Origin: an uncultured Gammaproteobacteria bacterium
GTDB lineage: Bacteria > Patescibacteriota > Microgenomatia > UBA10105 > UBA927
Assembly: GCA_964621305.1 (NCBI GenBank)
Contig: CAZUOM010000005.1
Span: 18,647-82,646 of the forward strand
Length of the DNA: 64,000 nucleotides
Direction of reading: 5' to 3'
This document shows positions 49,823-59,466 of this stretch, one piece after another. The notes beneath the pieces are model-generated. The model made no database searches and was not told where the DNA came from. It saw only the letters and a program-made list of their open reading frames with translations. The first letter of the stretch is position 1; each line of letters opens with the position of its first letter. A program made the translations under genes and the position numbers.

Positions 49823-50716
49823 TCACATCGCCCGCAATATCTTTATCCTCTCCTCAATCGGCGGGTGGGTGTTGAAGAGGCTGGAAAACCAGGCAGCAAA
49901 CTGTTTTCCCTTAAAGGGGTTGGTAATGTAAAGGTGAGCGGTAGCATTGGTTGCCGCCTCGAGTACTTCTTTGTCTTTTGAAAGCTTTTCGAGAGCCCTT
50001 GCTAAGCCTTCAGGATAACGCGTCAAATGGGAACCAGATGCGTCGGCCAAAAATTCGCGTCTGCGCGAGATAGCAAGCTGGATAAGGGTTGCCAAAATCG
50101 GCGTGGCGATGGCTAAAATGATTCCGATAACGAGCAGCGGAGCGCTGGACCGGTCGCTATCTCGATCACGGTGGCCTCCCCACCAGAGGTTGCGCAAAAA
50201 CATATCAGCTAAAAACGCGACAGTTCCAACCAGTACTGCAACCACCGCCATAAGTCTGATATCGAAATTTTTTATATGCGAAAGTTCGTGAGCGATGACG
50301 CCCTCCAGCTCGCGCCGCTCTAGCCGAGAAAGGATGCCCGTTGTAGCGCAGACCACCGCATGCTCGGGATCGCGGCCCGTGGCAAATGCGTTCATGGCGG
50401 TATCGTCAATCACGTATAATTTAGGTTTCGGAATGCCAGAGGCAATAGCTAGGTTCTCGGTAACAGTAAAAAAGTCAAAGTCGCGCTTTCGGTTTGCCGG
50501 CCGCGCACCGGACATAGCCAAGACCATTCTGTCCCCCCAGTAATAACTGACAAAACTTGAAATAACGGAAAATGCGACTGCAATCCACATTAAGCTCGTC
50601 CCGTAGCCAAGAACTACCCCAAATACGTAACCGGCGGCGACCACAAACGCCATAAATCCCGCCATAAGTACCAGCGTTTTGCTTTTATTGGAAGCAATTT
50701 CGGACTGAATGGTCAT
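49823..50716 (-). CDS. htpX: Zinc metalloprotease HtpX (M48)
   Basis: NAFATG, VIAHELSH, ISRRREFLAD, THPP. Confidence 0.95.
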   Translation of the reverse strand: MTIQSEIASNKSKTLVLMAGFMAFVVAAGYVFGVVLGYGTSLMWIAVAFSVISSFVSYYWGDRMVLAMSGARPANRKRDFDFFTVTENLAIASGIPKPKLYVIDDTAMNAFATGRDPEHAVVCATTGILSRLERRELEGVIAHELSHIKNFDIRLMAVVAVLVGTVAFLADMFLRNLWWGGHRDRDSDRSSAPLLVIGIILAIATPILATLIQLAISRRREFLADASGSHLTRYPEGLARALEKLSKDKEVLEAATNATAHLYITNPFKGKQFAAWFSSLFNTHPPIEERIKILRAM

Positions 50717-51270
50717 GAGAAGTTGACGTTAATGGGTTTGCGCTCTCCCTCCGTTGCGCCGAAGAATTCTTTTTCACCAAAGCCAAACATTTCGTTAAAC
50801 AAGGTGTTTGGGAATGTTCGGATCTTGATATTGTAGTCGTTGACCACGGAGTTGTAGTATTGCCTGCTGTAAGCGACTTTGTCCTCGGTGTCTGAAAGTT
50901 CTTTCTGAAGTTGCAGAAACACTTCGTTGGCTTTGAGTTGCGGGTAGTTTTCCGCAACTGCAAACAGCTTGCCCAACGCGCTAGTCAGCATGTCGCTTGC
51001 CGCAGCTTTTTTATCAAGGCTCCGGGCCCCCAAAAGTGCACTCCTAGCCTTGGTTACCTCAGAAAACACGGTCTTCTCATGCTTGGCATAACCTTTTACC
51101 GTATCAACAAGGTTGGGGATGAGCTCAGCGCGGCGCTTGAGTTGGACGTCAATTTGGCTCCATGCTTCTTCAATCTGGGTTTTAAGCGCAACAAGACTGT
51201 TATAGAGACTCCAAAAGTAAAGGACGACTAAAACTACTAAACCGACAAGTATCCAAACTAGTGTAGTCAT
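50713..51270 (-). CDS. lemA: LemA family protein
   Basis: N-terminal TM, YNSLV, WSQIDVQLKRRAELIPNLV, ENYPQLKAN, FP. Confidence 0.95.
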   Translation of the reverse strand: MTTLVWILVGLVVLVVLYFWSLYNSLVALKTQIEEAWSQIDVQLKRRAELIPNLVDTVKGYAKHEKTVFSEVTKARSALLGARSLDKKAAASDMLTSALGKLFAVAENYPQLKANEVFLQLQKELSDTEDKVAYSRQYYNSVVNDYNIKIRTFPNTLFNEMFGFGEKEFFGATEGERKPINVNFS

Positions 51271-53051
51271 AAGTTAAAAAGCCACTTTCTAAAATCAGTA
51301 TACATCATTGTATTTACAATGTCACTTTTTTCCGCCCACCCACGCTTGGCAACAGAAACGCCATATTTCATCATGTCCATCTGATAAGCAGCGTGGCTGT
51401 CAGTGTTAATGCAAAATTTGACCCCGGCTCTAACTGCATCGTAGACGATTGTATCAGGCAGGTCAAGCCGCTGGTGGTAGGCGTTAATTTCAAGCGCAAT
51501 GTTCTTCTCTCTGCAAGCGGCAAAAATTTCTTGCCAGTCAAGTTCCACTCCCTCACGCTTGCCTAGAAGCCTTCCCGTTGGGTGACCGAAGATTCGTACT
51601 TTTTGGTGAGCAGTCAGGGCCGCAATCACACGCTTAGTCATTTCTTTCCGCGGCTGGGCGAAGCTGGAGTGAATAGAAACTATCACCGCATCTACAAAAA
51701 CAAACGCATCTATTGGCAAAGACAATTTTCCATCCGACTGAATATCCACTTCGCACATGACAAATATATTCATATTGGGTACTTTTTTTGTCCATGAGGA
51801 ATATTTTTGTTCATAAAAGTCCTTTCGTCGCTTCATGATGTCTAATATCTGTTGTTTGGACAAATCCGAAGTTTTCGGATTATGGTCGCTTAGACCGATG
51901 TATTCATACTTGAGGCTTGCTGCTGTCTCCAGATATTTTTCCAAAGGATCCGCTCCCAAATCATGCGAAGGCTTGAGATCATAATCGGTATGAATATGCA
52001 GGTCTCCTTTGATATCAGTAAGTTTAACCAAATTGGGCAATCGTTTTCGAATACCGGCTTCGATCTCTCCCTTATCTTCCCGCAGCTCAGGAGGAATCCA
52101 CGGCAAACCCAGGCGTTTATAAAAATCTTCTTCCGTTGCGCACGAAATAAGTTTTGAACTTTGAACTTTTTTAATCCCATATTCATTCAGGCTTAATCCC
52201 TTGGAAAGACCGTACTCACGCAGCTTGATGTTGTGATTTTTGGATCCGGTGAAGTATTGGAGCATGGCGCCATATTTTACCGGCTCAATCACTCGCAAAT
52301 CCACCTGTCGACCGTTGGTAAGAAGGAGAGTCGCGCCGCTTGGCCCCTGTTCAACTATTTTTTGATGCGGATATTTGACGAAGCGATCTATGACGTCCTT
52401 AGGTTTGGTTGTGGCGACAGCAATGTCGATATCACCGATGGTTGAAACCTGCCTGCGCAAACTGCCAAGGGCGTCGACTCGATCGACTGCAGACAGCTCC
52501 CTGAGGTAACCCATAACATCTTGGGCTATCGCATCGGCAATCGGCAGTCCCATGCGATTTTCCTTGATCTGGCCTTTTTTGTATGTGGCTATTGCCTCCA
52601 AAATATCCAGTTCGGACTTTTCACCAAATCCCTCAATCGGATCGATCTTGTGGGCTTTGGCTAAAAACTCAAGTTCTCCCACCGCATCATCTTCGTCGTC
52701 TTTGATTTTGAGCGCCGTCACTAGCTTGTACGCCTTCTTCGGACCGATACCGGGAACGAGAAGGAGGGGGAACACCGCCTGAGGGACTTTTCGCATCACA
52801 TGGTCAAAATGTTTAGCCCTTCCTGTGCGAAAAAGCTCGTCGAGGTGGCCGGCAATAGATGGGCCTACTCCCGGAATCTGGTCGAGTTTCCCATCATCCC
52901 AGAGGTCTTTTACTTCGCTAGTTAAGTGCTCGATGCTATCGCTGGCTCTCTCGTAGGCGATAATTTTGAAACGGTTTTCACCGAGTATTTGATACGCAGC
53001 CGCCATCTGGCGCAGAAGCTGGGCAAGTTCAAGATTTGTCAACGACTTCAT
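51267..53051 (-). CDS. polX: DNA polymerase X with PHP domain
   Basis: HhH motifs, GSLRR, GDID, YFTGSK, GDLHIHT, HPTGR, NTDSH. Confidence 0.95.
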   Translation of the reverse strand: MKSLTNLELAQLLRQMAAAYQILGENRFKIIAYERASDSIEHLTSEVKDLWDDGKLDQIPGVGPSIAGHLDELFRTGRAKHFDHVMRKVPQAVFPLLLVPGIGPKKAYKLVTALKIKDDEDDAVGELEFLAKAHKIDPIEGFGEKSELDILEAIATYKKGQIKENRMGLPIADAIAQDVMGYLRELSAVDRVDALGSLRRQVSTIGDIDIAVATTKPKDVIDRFVKYPHQKIVEQGPSGATLLLTNGRQVDLRVIEPVKYGAMLQYFTGSKNHNIKLREYGLSKGLSLNEYGIKKVQSSKLISCATEEDFYKRLGLPWIPPELREDKGEIEAGIRKRLPNLVKLTDIKGDLHIHTDYDLKPSHDLGADPLEKYLETAASLKYEYIGLSDHNPKTSDLSKQQILDIMKRRKDFYEQKYSSWTKKVPNMNIFVMCEVDIQSDGKLSLPIDAFVFVDAVIVSIHSSFAQPRKEMTKRVIAALTAHQKVRIFGHPTGRLLGKREGVELDWQEIFAACREKNIALEINAYHQRLDLPDTIVYDAVRAGVKFCINTDSHAAYQMDMMKYGVSVAKRGWAEKSDIVNTMMYTDFRKWLFNL

Positions 53052-53090
53052 TGATTCTTATACTACCACATGGTAAGATCTTATAAATTT

Positions 53091-53166
53091 GGTCGCGTGG
53101 TGTAGCCTGGCCTAACACGCGTCCCTGTCAAGGACGAGATCACCGGTTCAAATCCGGCCGCGACCG
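53091..53166 (+). tRNA. tRNA-Asp(GTC)
   Basis: Acceptor GGTCGCG/CGCGACC, anticodon arm CGTCC-CTGTCAA-GGACG, T loop TTCAAAT. Confidence 0.93.
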
Positions 53167-53205
53167 CTTTACTGCCACAACTGCCTGGAACGGAGGAGAT
53201 TACAA

Positions 53206-53763
53206 ATGTGGGATGAACTTAAAAAACGCTTTTCGTCAACAGATTCCGCAGCATCTTTAGTTTTAGGCTTGGCAGTAGTAGTTGTATTAGGCGCCTTGCT
53301 CTTTAATTACATCAAAGACAAACAGCCAGTTCCCGGAACAACGACAACCGCACCGGGCGCAGGTGGTCAAACAGAACAGATGCAGCCGGTTAGCTCGCCA
53401 ACCACCCATACAGTTGCCTCTGGCGATACGCTCTGGAGCGTATCACAGAAGTACTACAAAACCGGGTACAATTGGGTAGATTTGGTGGAAGCCAACAACC
53501 TTGCTGATGCCAATCGTATAGAAATAGGCCAGACCCTGAAAATTCCCCTTGTCACGCCGATTGTGCCTCAAGGACAGGTGGCAGGCGGCATGATGGCAAA
53601 AAAACCGGAGCAAACTAGCTACACTGTTGTACGTGGCGATACCCTGTGGGCAATCGCGGTCAAGCAATACAACGACGGCTACAAGTGGTCATCAATTGCA
53701 GCTATCAATAAGCTAGCTAATCCAGACCTGATCCACGCCGGAAACGTCCTGGTATTGCCGTAA
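53206..53763 (+). CDS. Membrane-anchored protein with two LysM domains
   Basis: TM helix, HTVASGDTLWSVS and YTVVRGDTLWAIA; GGAGGA RBS. Confidence 0.92.
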   Translation: MWDELKKRFSSTDSAASLVLGLAVVVVLGALLFNYIKDKQPVPGTTTTAPGAGGQTEQMQPVSSPTTHTVASGDTLWSVSQKYYKTGYNWVDLVEANNLADANRIEIGQTLKIPLVTPIVPQGQVAGGMMAKKPEQTSYTVVRGDTLWAIAVKQYNDGYKWSSIAAINKLANPDLIHAGNVLVLP

Positions 53764-53793
53764 GGTGACGTCGCGCGTAGGCGGCAATCTAAT

Positions 53794-53865
53794 GCGGGTG
53801 TGGTCCAATGGTAGGATGCGTCCTTCCCAAGGATGAGGCGGGGGTTCGACTTCCCCTCACCCGCT
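53794..53865 (+). tRNA. tRNA-Gly(CCC)
   Basis: Acceptor GCGGGTG/CACCCGC, anticodon arm CGTCC-TTCCCAA-GGATG; T arm has one extra base. Confidence 0.9.
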
Positions 53866-53876
53866 CAGGAGAATCT

Positions 53877-53947
53877 GCCGATATAGCTCAATGGCAGAGC
53901 AGCGGTTTCGTAAACCGTAGATGACAGTCCGATTCTGTCTATCGGCT
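53877..53947 (+). tRNA. tRNA-Thr(CGT)
   Basis: Acceptor GCCGATA/TATCGGC, anticodon arm GCGGT-TTCGTAA-ACCGT, T arm GACAG-TCCGATT-CTGTC. Confidence 0.9.
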
Positions 53948-53950
53948 CAT

Positions 53951-54000
53951 GGGGTCAGGCCTCGATTTAGTCGTTATAACAATCCAGCCAGCTACCTTCA
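53951..54000. repeat. 50-bp tRNA-adjacent dispersed repeat, copy 2
   Basis: Aligns ungapped with 14169-14218. Confidence 0.65.
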
Positions 54001-54059
54001 CTTAACTATCTCCACTGTCAATGCTTTCGTAAGGCCAAAGTTATACAATACCTTTATAT

Positions 54060-54770
54060 ATGCGCTCATCGCGACTCAGGCGATTTGAGGAAAGGAAACA
54101 AAAGAGAAGACTAACCCTTGCTATCGTTGGATCTGTTGCTATCATATTATTTTTAGGCTTTTTCGGCCTGAAAATCCTCGTCGGCTTTAGCCTATTTCTT
54201 GATAAGTTCCAGGGTACGGCACCAAAAGAGCAGTCGCAGACGATCGTCCTGCCTCCGATCATTGATCCTCTACCGGAGGCCACCAACAGCGCAACGATCG
54301 ATGTCACCGGCAAAGGACAGCCTGGCCTCACACTTATCGTTTATCTAAATGAAGCTGACACAAAAAAACTCACCGTTGCCGATGACGGAACCTTTACTAT
54401 AAAGAATCTTACTGTCTCTGAAGGAACCAACACGGTCAGCGCCAAGCAAAAAGATGATAAAGACAACACCAGCGATCTCTCTAACGTCATCACGATTCAG
54501 GTTAAACGGACGCCACCGACGCTTGATGTAACCGCTCCGGCAGAGGGAGCGACTCTAATCGGAGAAAAAAATACAGTAACTGTCGCTGGATCTGTAAGGG
54601 ACGATAGTACAAGCGTGACCGTCAACGGCCGATTCGTCGTGGTAGGAAGCGGCGGCAGCTTTCGCTATGAACACCCGCTCAGCGAAGGAGGCAACACCCT
54701 AACTATTGTCGCAACAGACGCCGCCGGCAACCAAACACAATTAGAGCGCCGTGTCACGTATCAGAGATAG
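54060..54770 (+). CDS. Membrane-anchored protein with two Ig-like (Big) domains
   Basis: Basic N-terminus plus TM, beta-rich repeats ending L(S/V)EGxNT...A.D..(G/D)N. Confidence 0.8.
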   Translation: MRSSRLRRFEERKQKRRLTLAIVGSVAIILFLGFFGLKILVGFSLFLDKFQGTAPKEQSQTIVLPPIIDPLPEATNSATIDVTGKGQPGLTLIVYLNEADTKKLTVADDGTFTIKNLTVSEGTNTVSAKQKDDKDNTSDLSNVITIQVKRTPPTLDVTAPAEGATLIGEKNTVTVAGSVRDDSTSVTVNGRFVVVGSGGSFRYEHPLSEGGNTLTIVATDAAGNQTQLERRVTYQR

Positions 54771-55863
54771 ATGCACCAGCCAATATCCACATCCATACCA
54801 TCACCCAAGGATAAAAAAGGCTGTTGACAAATAAACTGTGCACAAAGACTGCGGCAAGGCTTGCCAAATACATTGGTTTGCGCCCAATTTTGCCCATCCT
54901 CAACAAAAGCCAAAGGTAAGCTCCCAGCCCAACAATCCCAGTTGTCGCAGCCACAAAAAGAAGGCTGTTGTCTACCCCTGCCCCCGCACGCGAGGGAGTT
55001 ATGTCTCTCGTCTCGCGCTGCCGGAGAATCGGCAAAGTATTAAATCCCCACCCGAACAACGGTTTTTGACTGATTAAAGAGAAGGTCTCCTTCCAGTTGA
55101 CAAGTCTCGAAACAGTCGAGTCAAATCGATCGAGCGAAAGCGCTTCCCGGCCCGGATGCGGCAGATAAACAATCGCTAGAAGCACAAGCAGCACGACAAA
55201 CAGCCCCTTTTTCCACTGGCTTTTTACCAAAACCCCAAAAAAGACTCCTGTCAGCAACGCAAGGTAACTACTACGTGAATACGTAAGAAGTAGCGCAATG
55301 AAAGCCAAAATAACAAAGTGAATTTTTTTCAGATCGACAGCAAGTAATATTGTTAAAACGATGATTATACCTGTGAAATTCGGGTCAAAAAGCGTGCTAA
55401 ACAATCTATAGTAATGCGGGTCCCACCCAAGGTACATGAGATTGCGCAGATCCGGATAAAGGAAAAATTGTAACAACCCCAAAACTGATAATCCTACTCC
55501 CGCCCCGAATAATGCCTTCAACAGATTCTTTTTCTTAACGACATTGCATGCGGCGACAAAATACAGCCCAGCGTAAAACACCCAACGTACCAAATACAGA
55601 CTGCTCCTTGCTAACTCCTGCCAGGAAAACTGGGAGCTATTGGCAAGAAGCGATATAGCTCCCACCACTACAAACGCCGCTATGGGCCTGACAAGGCGAG
55701 ACCCTGTCATGGACCGTCTGAAAGCTTTCTTTCTAAACGCTACAACCAAGATAATCGCCAAAACTATCTCGTGCGCGTACACTACCACCCCCCTCGCCAC
55801 TTGCATACCACCAAGTTGGCCCAATAACAGGCTAAAGAAGAAAGTTAAAAGAAGCAGTTTCAT
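54754..55863 (-). CDS. O-antigen ligase/polymerase family membrane protein
   Basis: Multi-TM, RLFSTLFDPN, LTYSRSS, PLFGWGF, DNS. Confidence 0.85.
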   Translation of the reverse strand: MKLLLLTFFFSLLLGQLGGMQVARGVVVYAHEIVLAIILVVAFRKKAFRRSMTGSRLVRPIAAFVVVGAISLLANSSQFSWQELARSSLYLVRWVFYAGLYFVAACNVVKKKNLLKALFGAGVGLSVLGLLQFFLYPDLRNLMYLGWDPHYYRLFSTLFDPNFTGIIIVLTILLAVDLKKIHFVILAFIALLLTYSRSSYLALLTGVFFGVLVKSQWKKGLFVVLLVLLAIVYLPHPGREALSLDRFDSTVSRLVNWKETFSLISQKPLFGWGFNTLPILRQRETRDITPSRAGAGVDNSLLFVAATTGIVGLGAYLWLLLRMGKIGRKPMYLASLAAVFVHSLFVNSLFYPWVMVWMWILAGASISDT

Positions 55864-56618
55864 GAATGCTCATTCTGCAAGCGCCAAAGTTTAGAACGCA
55901 CAAGAAAGGAGTGAAAACTCATCATAAGAGCTAAAATTACTCCAGCAGTTCCATCCATAAACCCCAGGCGCCAGAAATAATTGACAAGAAACTTGATTTT
56001 CGGATATGCGATGATCTGCCACCAAGACACGGTAACTCCTTGGGAATGTAAATATCGTGCGTTGAGAGTCGAATACCGGTTAATTTCATCTAAAAATTGT
56101 GCGACGTTAGGGTGGGGGTAGTGGAGGAGTGGATGACTTAGTTCTCCAACGTTTCCTTTTACGTCCCACACTTCATGCACCGGCCGTGTCCATTTTCCAG
56201 CGTCCTTTTTAGCCAGTCGCAACAGTTTCACATTGGCCGTCTCCCCGTGTGTAAGCCACCTCCCCAAAAAATAATCCTTTCTCTTGACGTAGAATCCAAC
56301 CTCTCTATTTGATATTTCCGCTGGTTTTTTGATGACATTCTGAATCTCAGAAGCCAATTCTTGACTCACAATCTCATCGGAATCTATAAACAATACCCAC
56401 TCCCCTCTCGCCTTACTCAACCCAAAATTCCTCTGGGCCGCAAAATCACCGTTGAGTTTTCTCCGAAATACTTTTCCTCCCAGTTTTTTAGCTAGCTGCG
56501 CCGTCCCATCTGTCGACTCGTCGTCAATAACTACTATCTCATCGCACCAGGTCAGAGACTGGTAGCATCGTTTGATAATGTCTTCGTCATCATGTGTTAA
56601 GACAACTCCAGATATCAT
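55860..56618 (-). CDS. Glycosyltransferase family 2
   Basis: IDDESTDGT, FAAQRN, FIDSDE, VHE; TACAAT-6-ATG supports start 56618. Confidence 0.92.
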   Translation of the reverse strand: MISGVVLTHDDEDIIKRCYQSLTWCDEIVVIDDESTDGTAQLAKKLGGKVFRRKLNGDFAAQRNFGLSKARGEWVLFIDSDEIVSQELASEIQNVIKKPAEISNREVGFYVKRKDYFLGRWLTHGETANVKLLRLAKKDAGKWTRPVHEVWDVKGNVGELSHPLLHYPHPNVAQFLDEINRYSTLNARYLHSQGVTVSWWQIIAYPKIKFLVNYFWRLGFMDGTAGVILALMMSFHSFLVRSKLWRLQNEHS

Positions 56619-56657
56619 AATCCCATTGTACAACTTTCCTTTTTCTCAATACCATCA

Positions 56658-56695
56658 ACCTAGTAGTAACAAGCGGTCGCTTTTCACTACTAGGT
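56658..56695. repeat. 38-bp palindrome (REP-like), copy 2
   Basis: ACCTAGTAGTAACAAGCGGTCGCTTTTCACTACTAGGT. Confidence 0.88.
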
Positions 56696-56787
56696 TCCAA
56701 GAAGAGTGAGTCCTCCACGGACTGAAGTAATAATTTACCGGAAAATAAATCTCGTGTACACTACGTCAACGCGTACTCTCTAAAAAA

Positions 56788-57876
56788 ATGAACACGCCAA
56801 GGATCTTTTTTTTCATTTTCGTTATCTATATTCTAGGATTTTTTGCGCACGTGCTCCATCTTAAAAAAACAGTCTACGGGGATGGGATTTTTTACTACTC
56901 GTGGGTGCGTTCCATGGTTGTTGACCATGACATCGATTTTCAAAATGACTATCAACATTTTGGGGTAAATCAACAGGGAAATAAACACGCCGTAGGTCCG
57001 GCGCTTTTGTGGATTGTCCCGTTTTGGTGGATGCACCAGACTGTTCAGGCAACAGGCTACGAGTTTCCTTACCAATTGGCCGTTGGCTTAACAAGCGTCC
57101 TTGCCGTGATTTTCGGGCTGATTCTTCTCTACCAACTCCTTCGTAGATGGTTTAGTCAATCAGCAAGTATTTTAACCATACTTGCCATCGCGTTTACGAC
57201 CAATCTCCTTTTTTACGGGTCGCTGGATACTGTCAATTCTCACGGGGTATCGTTTTTTGCCAGTGCACTCTTTTTGGCCTTCCTTATCAATCGTCAAGCG
57301 TTGTTAGCCGGATTGGCACTCGGCTTCCTCGGAGCCATTCGCCCTCACGACCTTATTCTTGGCATTGTCGCATTCGGACTCTTGCATAAAAAAGAGTGGA
57401 CAAAATTTCTGGTCGGAGCAGGAATCGGCTTTTTGCCGCAACTCGTTGCCTGGCAAGCACTCTACGGAAACTTTTGGAACATCCCATATTTTTCCGGCGA
57501 AGGATTTAATTTACTGCAACCACACCTTCTGGAGGTTCTTTTTTCGACAAACTTTGGCCTATTTGTTTATTCTCCCATTCTGATCCTCGGACTACTCGGG
57601 CTTTTTTTCTGGAAAAACCGATTGCGTCTATTTTTCTCTCTTGCCATCCTCCTAGAGTTACTCGCCATCTCCTCCTGGAGCACCTGGTGGCAAGGGGCTA
57701 GCTACGGCGGCCGGATGTTTGTCGGGAGTCTCCCGCTTTTTGCCTTAGGAATCGCGACAACTTTTCAATTGCTACTGCGGGCAATCCGTTCAATAAATTT
57801 TGTATTAGCAGCTGTCATCATTCCACTTTCACTTTTAAATGTCATCTTGATATTTTTCTTTCTCTTACGGACGTAA
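56788..57876 (+). CDS. GT-C fold membrane glycosyltransferase-like protein
   Basis: Multi-TM, GDGIFYY early loop, IRP, GLFVYSP, WWQGASYGGR. Confidence 0.7.
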   Translation: MNTPRIFFFIFVIYILGFFAHVLHLKKTVYGDGIFYYSWVRSMVVDHDIDFQNDYQHFGVNQQGNKHAVGPALLWIVPFWWMHQTVQATGYEFPYQLAVGLTSVLAVIFGLILLYQLLRRWFSQSASILTILAIAFTTNLLFYGSLDTVNSHGVSFFASALFLAFLINRQALLAGLALGFLGAIRPHDLILGIVAFGLLHKKEWTKFLVGAGIGFLPQLVAWQALYGNFWNIPYFSGEGFNLLQPHLLEVLFSTNFGLFVYSPILILGLLGLFFWKNRLRLFFSLAILLELLAISSWSTWWQGASYGGRMFVGSLPLFALGIATTFQLLLRAIRSINFVLAAVIIPLSLLNVILIFFFLLRT

Positions 57877-59464
57877 GAGCAACTACACCAAGTGCTAACA
57901 ATCCAACAATTGAAAACCGCAGTCCAACTCGCGTTGCACGGTCAATCGCTTCGCGTTCTTTGGTAATATCAGGAGATCCAAAAGATTTAAGTTGCTCAAT
58001 CGAAATGTTTCGGAAATCAACTCCGGTCGGATCTTTGCTATTTGGATTTATAAAATCACGATATTTCTGCAACACTAACGATGCATACCCATCATATGAG
58101 GGAATGTGATAGAGCATGTTGAGGTTTGGGCGAAGGATTTTAGCTTGCCAAGATGTTTCTGCGGCAACATCAATAAAAGGTTTCCCTTTTGCATACGGAT
58201 TGGGAAAAGTCTTCTGGTCGACTAGAATTCGACCTTGATCGTCTAGTTTTTGCGCTGTGACCTTTGCGTCAGCGAGCCAGTCGGCAACCTGCGCCTCCGG
58301 AACCGTTAAAAGATTATTTCTGCTAAACAAAAATAATTCTGCAAAAATTATGATGATGATTAACTTCTGGATAAATTTTTTTTGAACCAGCTGTTGAGCG
58401 CTAAATCCGGCAAGTATGGCAATAGAAAATGTATAAAGCAGAAGGAAGTGTTGAGGGGACCGAAAATAAGAAAGACCGGGCAGCACATGGTAGGCAACCC
58501 AGTATACTGGCGTGTGTTTCCCAAGTGCCAACATAAAAGAAATGATTGCAGTAAAAACAAAAAACCGTACCGCGCTTTTTTTTCGTGGAGCAAAAAGCGC
58601 CAGAAGTAAGGCCAGTACGCCAACATAACCATATACACTCCCGCCCTGTGCTAGCACAAATCCTTCTGAAAGGTTTCCAACGATGTTGGGTATAATCAAA
58701 CGAGCCACAGACAGAGGGTGGAGTGAGTCAAATGTCGCGTACCTATAATCTCCGTTGAACCGCGTTGAAAGCCGTACAAACTCGAGAAACGGAATTGTCT
58801 GGACGGCAGTAAGAAGAAAAATTAACGAAATAAGAATGATAAATTGTTTTATAAAGGTCTCACCCTGTATTCTGACAGGGTGAGACCTTGTCAAGAGCCA
58901 AAGCAAATACACACAGACAAAGAGCCATGTAAGGTACGTTAGCTGAGGATGCCCTGAGACAATCTGTAGCGACGCAAATAATACTCCTACTATTAAATTT
59001 TTGCTCACTCCCCACAAAACCCATGGCAGAAGCGACGCCACCTGAATCATCGGCGCGTTATTGGTGTACACCACCATCGTGCCGGAAAAACCGAAGACAA
59101 TCGCAGCAACAAAGCTGCCGAAGGGTGAAACTTTAAGAGACCGAGCAAAAAGGTAGATACCCACAAGTGCGATCATGAAGTTAAGAATGATTCCCCACGT
59201 TAACGCTCCAAATGGCGACACCGATGCGTACAGAATGTTAAGCGGATACAGAAGAGCATTGTTAATATCAGCAAAAAACGGCGTGCCGGAAAAAATGTAC
59301 GGGTTCCAAAGTGGAAATCTACCCTGTTTGAGCTCTTCTATTAAATAGACTTTGGCGGGAACGTTAATAAGGAAGTTGTCGCAGCAATAGATAACGCGGT
59401 TAAGAAATAATTCGCGATAAAAGAAAATTGCGATTAAAACAATAAACAATATTATCGATCGCAT
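57842..59464 (-). CDS. YfhO-like membrane protein (GT-C)
   Basis: PLWNPYIFSGTPFFA, LYPLN, GHPQ, YVG, FRSP, YDGY. Confidence 0.8.
   Translation of the reverse strand: MRSIILFIVLIAIFFYRELFLNRVIYCCDNFLINVPAKVYLIEELKQGRFPLWNPYIFSGTPFFADINNALLYPLNILYASVSPFGALTWGIILNFMIALVGIYLFARSLKVSPFGSFVAAIVFGFSGTMVVYTNNAPMIQVASLLPWVLWGVSKNLIVGVLFASLQIVSGHPQLTYLTWLFVCVYLLWLLTRSHPVRIQGETFIKQFIILISLIFLLTAVQTIPFLEFVRLSTRFNGDYRYATFDSLHPLSVARLIIPNIVGNLSEGFVLAQGGSVYGYVGVLALLLALFAPRKKSAVRFFVFTAIISFMLALGKHTPVYWVAYHVLPGLSYFRSPQHFLLLYTFSIAILAGFSAQQLVQKKFIQKLIIIIIFAELFLFSRNNLLTVPEAQVADWLADAKVTAQKLDDQGRILVDQKTFPNPYAKGKPFIDVAAETSWQAKILRPNLNMLYHIPSYDGYASLVLQKYRDFINPNSKDPTGVDFRNISIEQLKSFGSPDITKEREAIDRATRVGLRFSIVGLLALGVVALTSVRERKISR
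58854..58889. repeat. 36-bp palindrome, copy 2, in frame inside a CDS
   Basis: AAGGTCTCACCCTGT-ATTCTG-ACAGGGTGAGACCTT, perfect 15-bp arms; encodes RSHPVRIQGETF. Confidence 0.85.
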
Positions 59465-59466
59465 AT

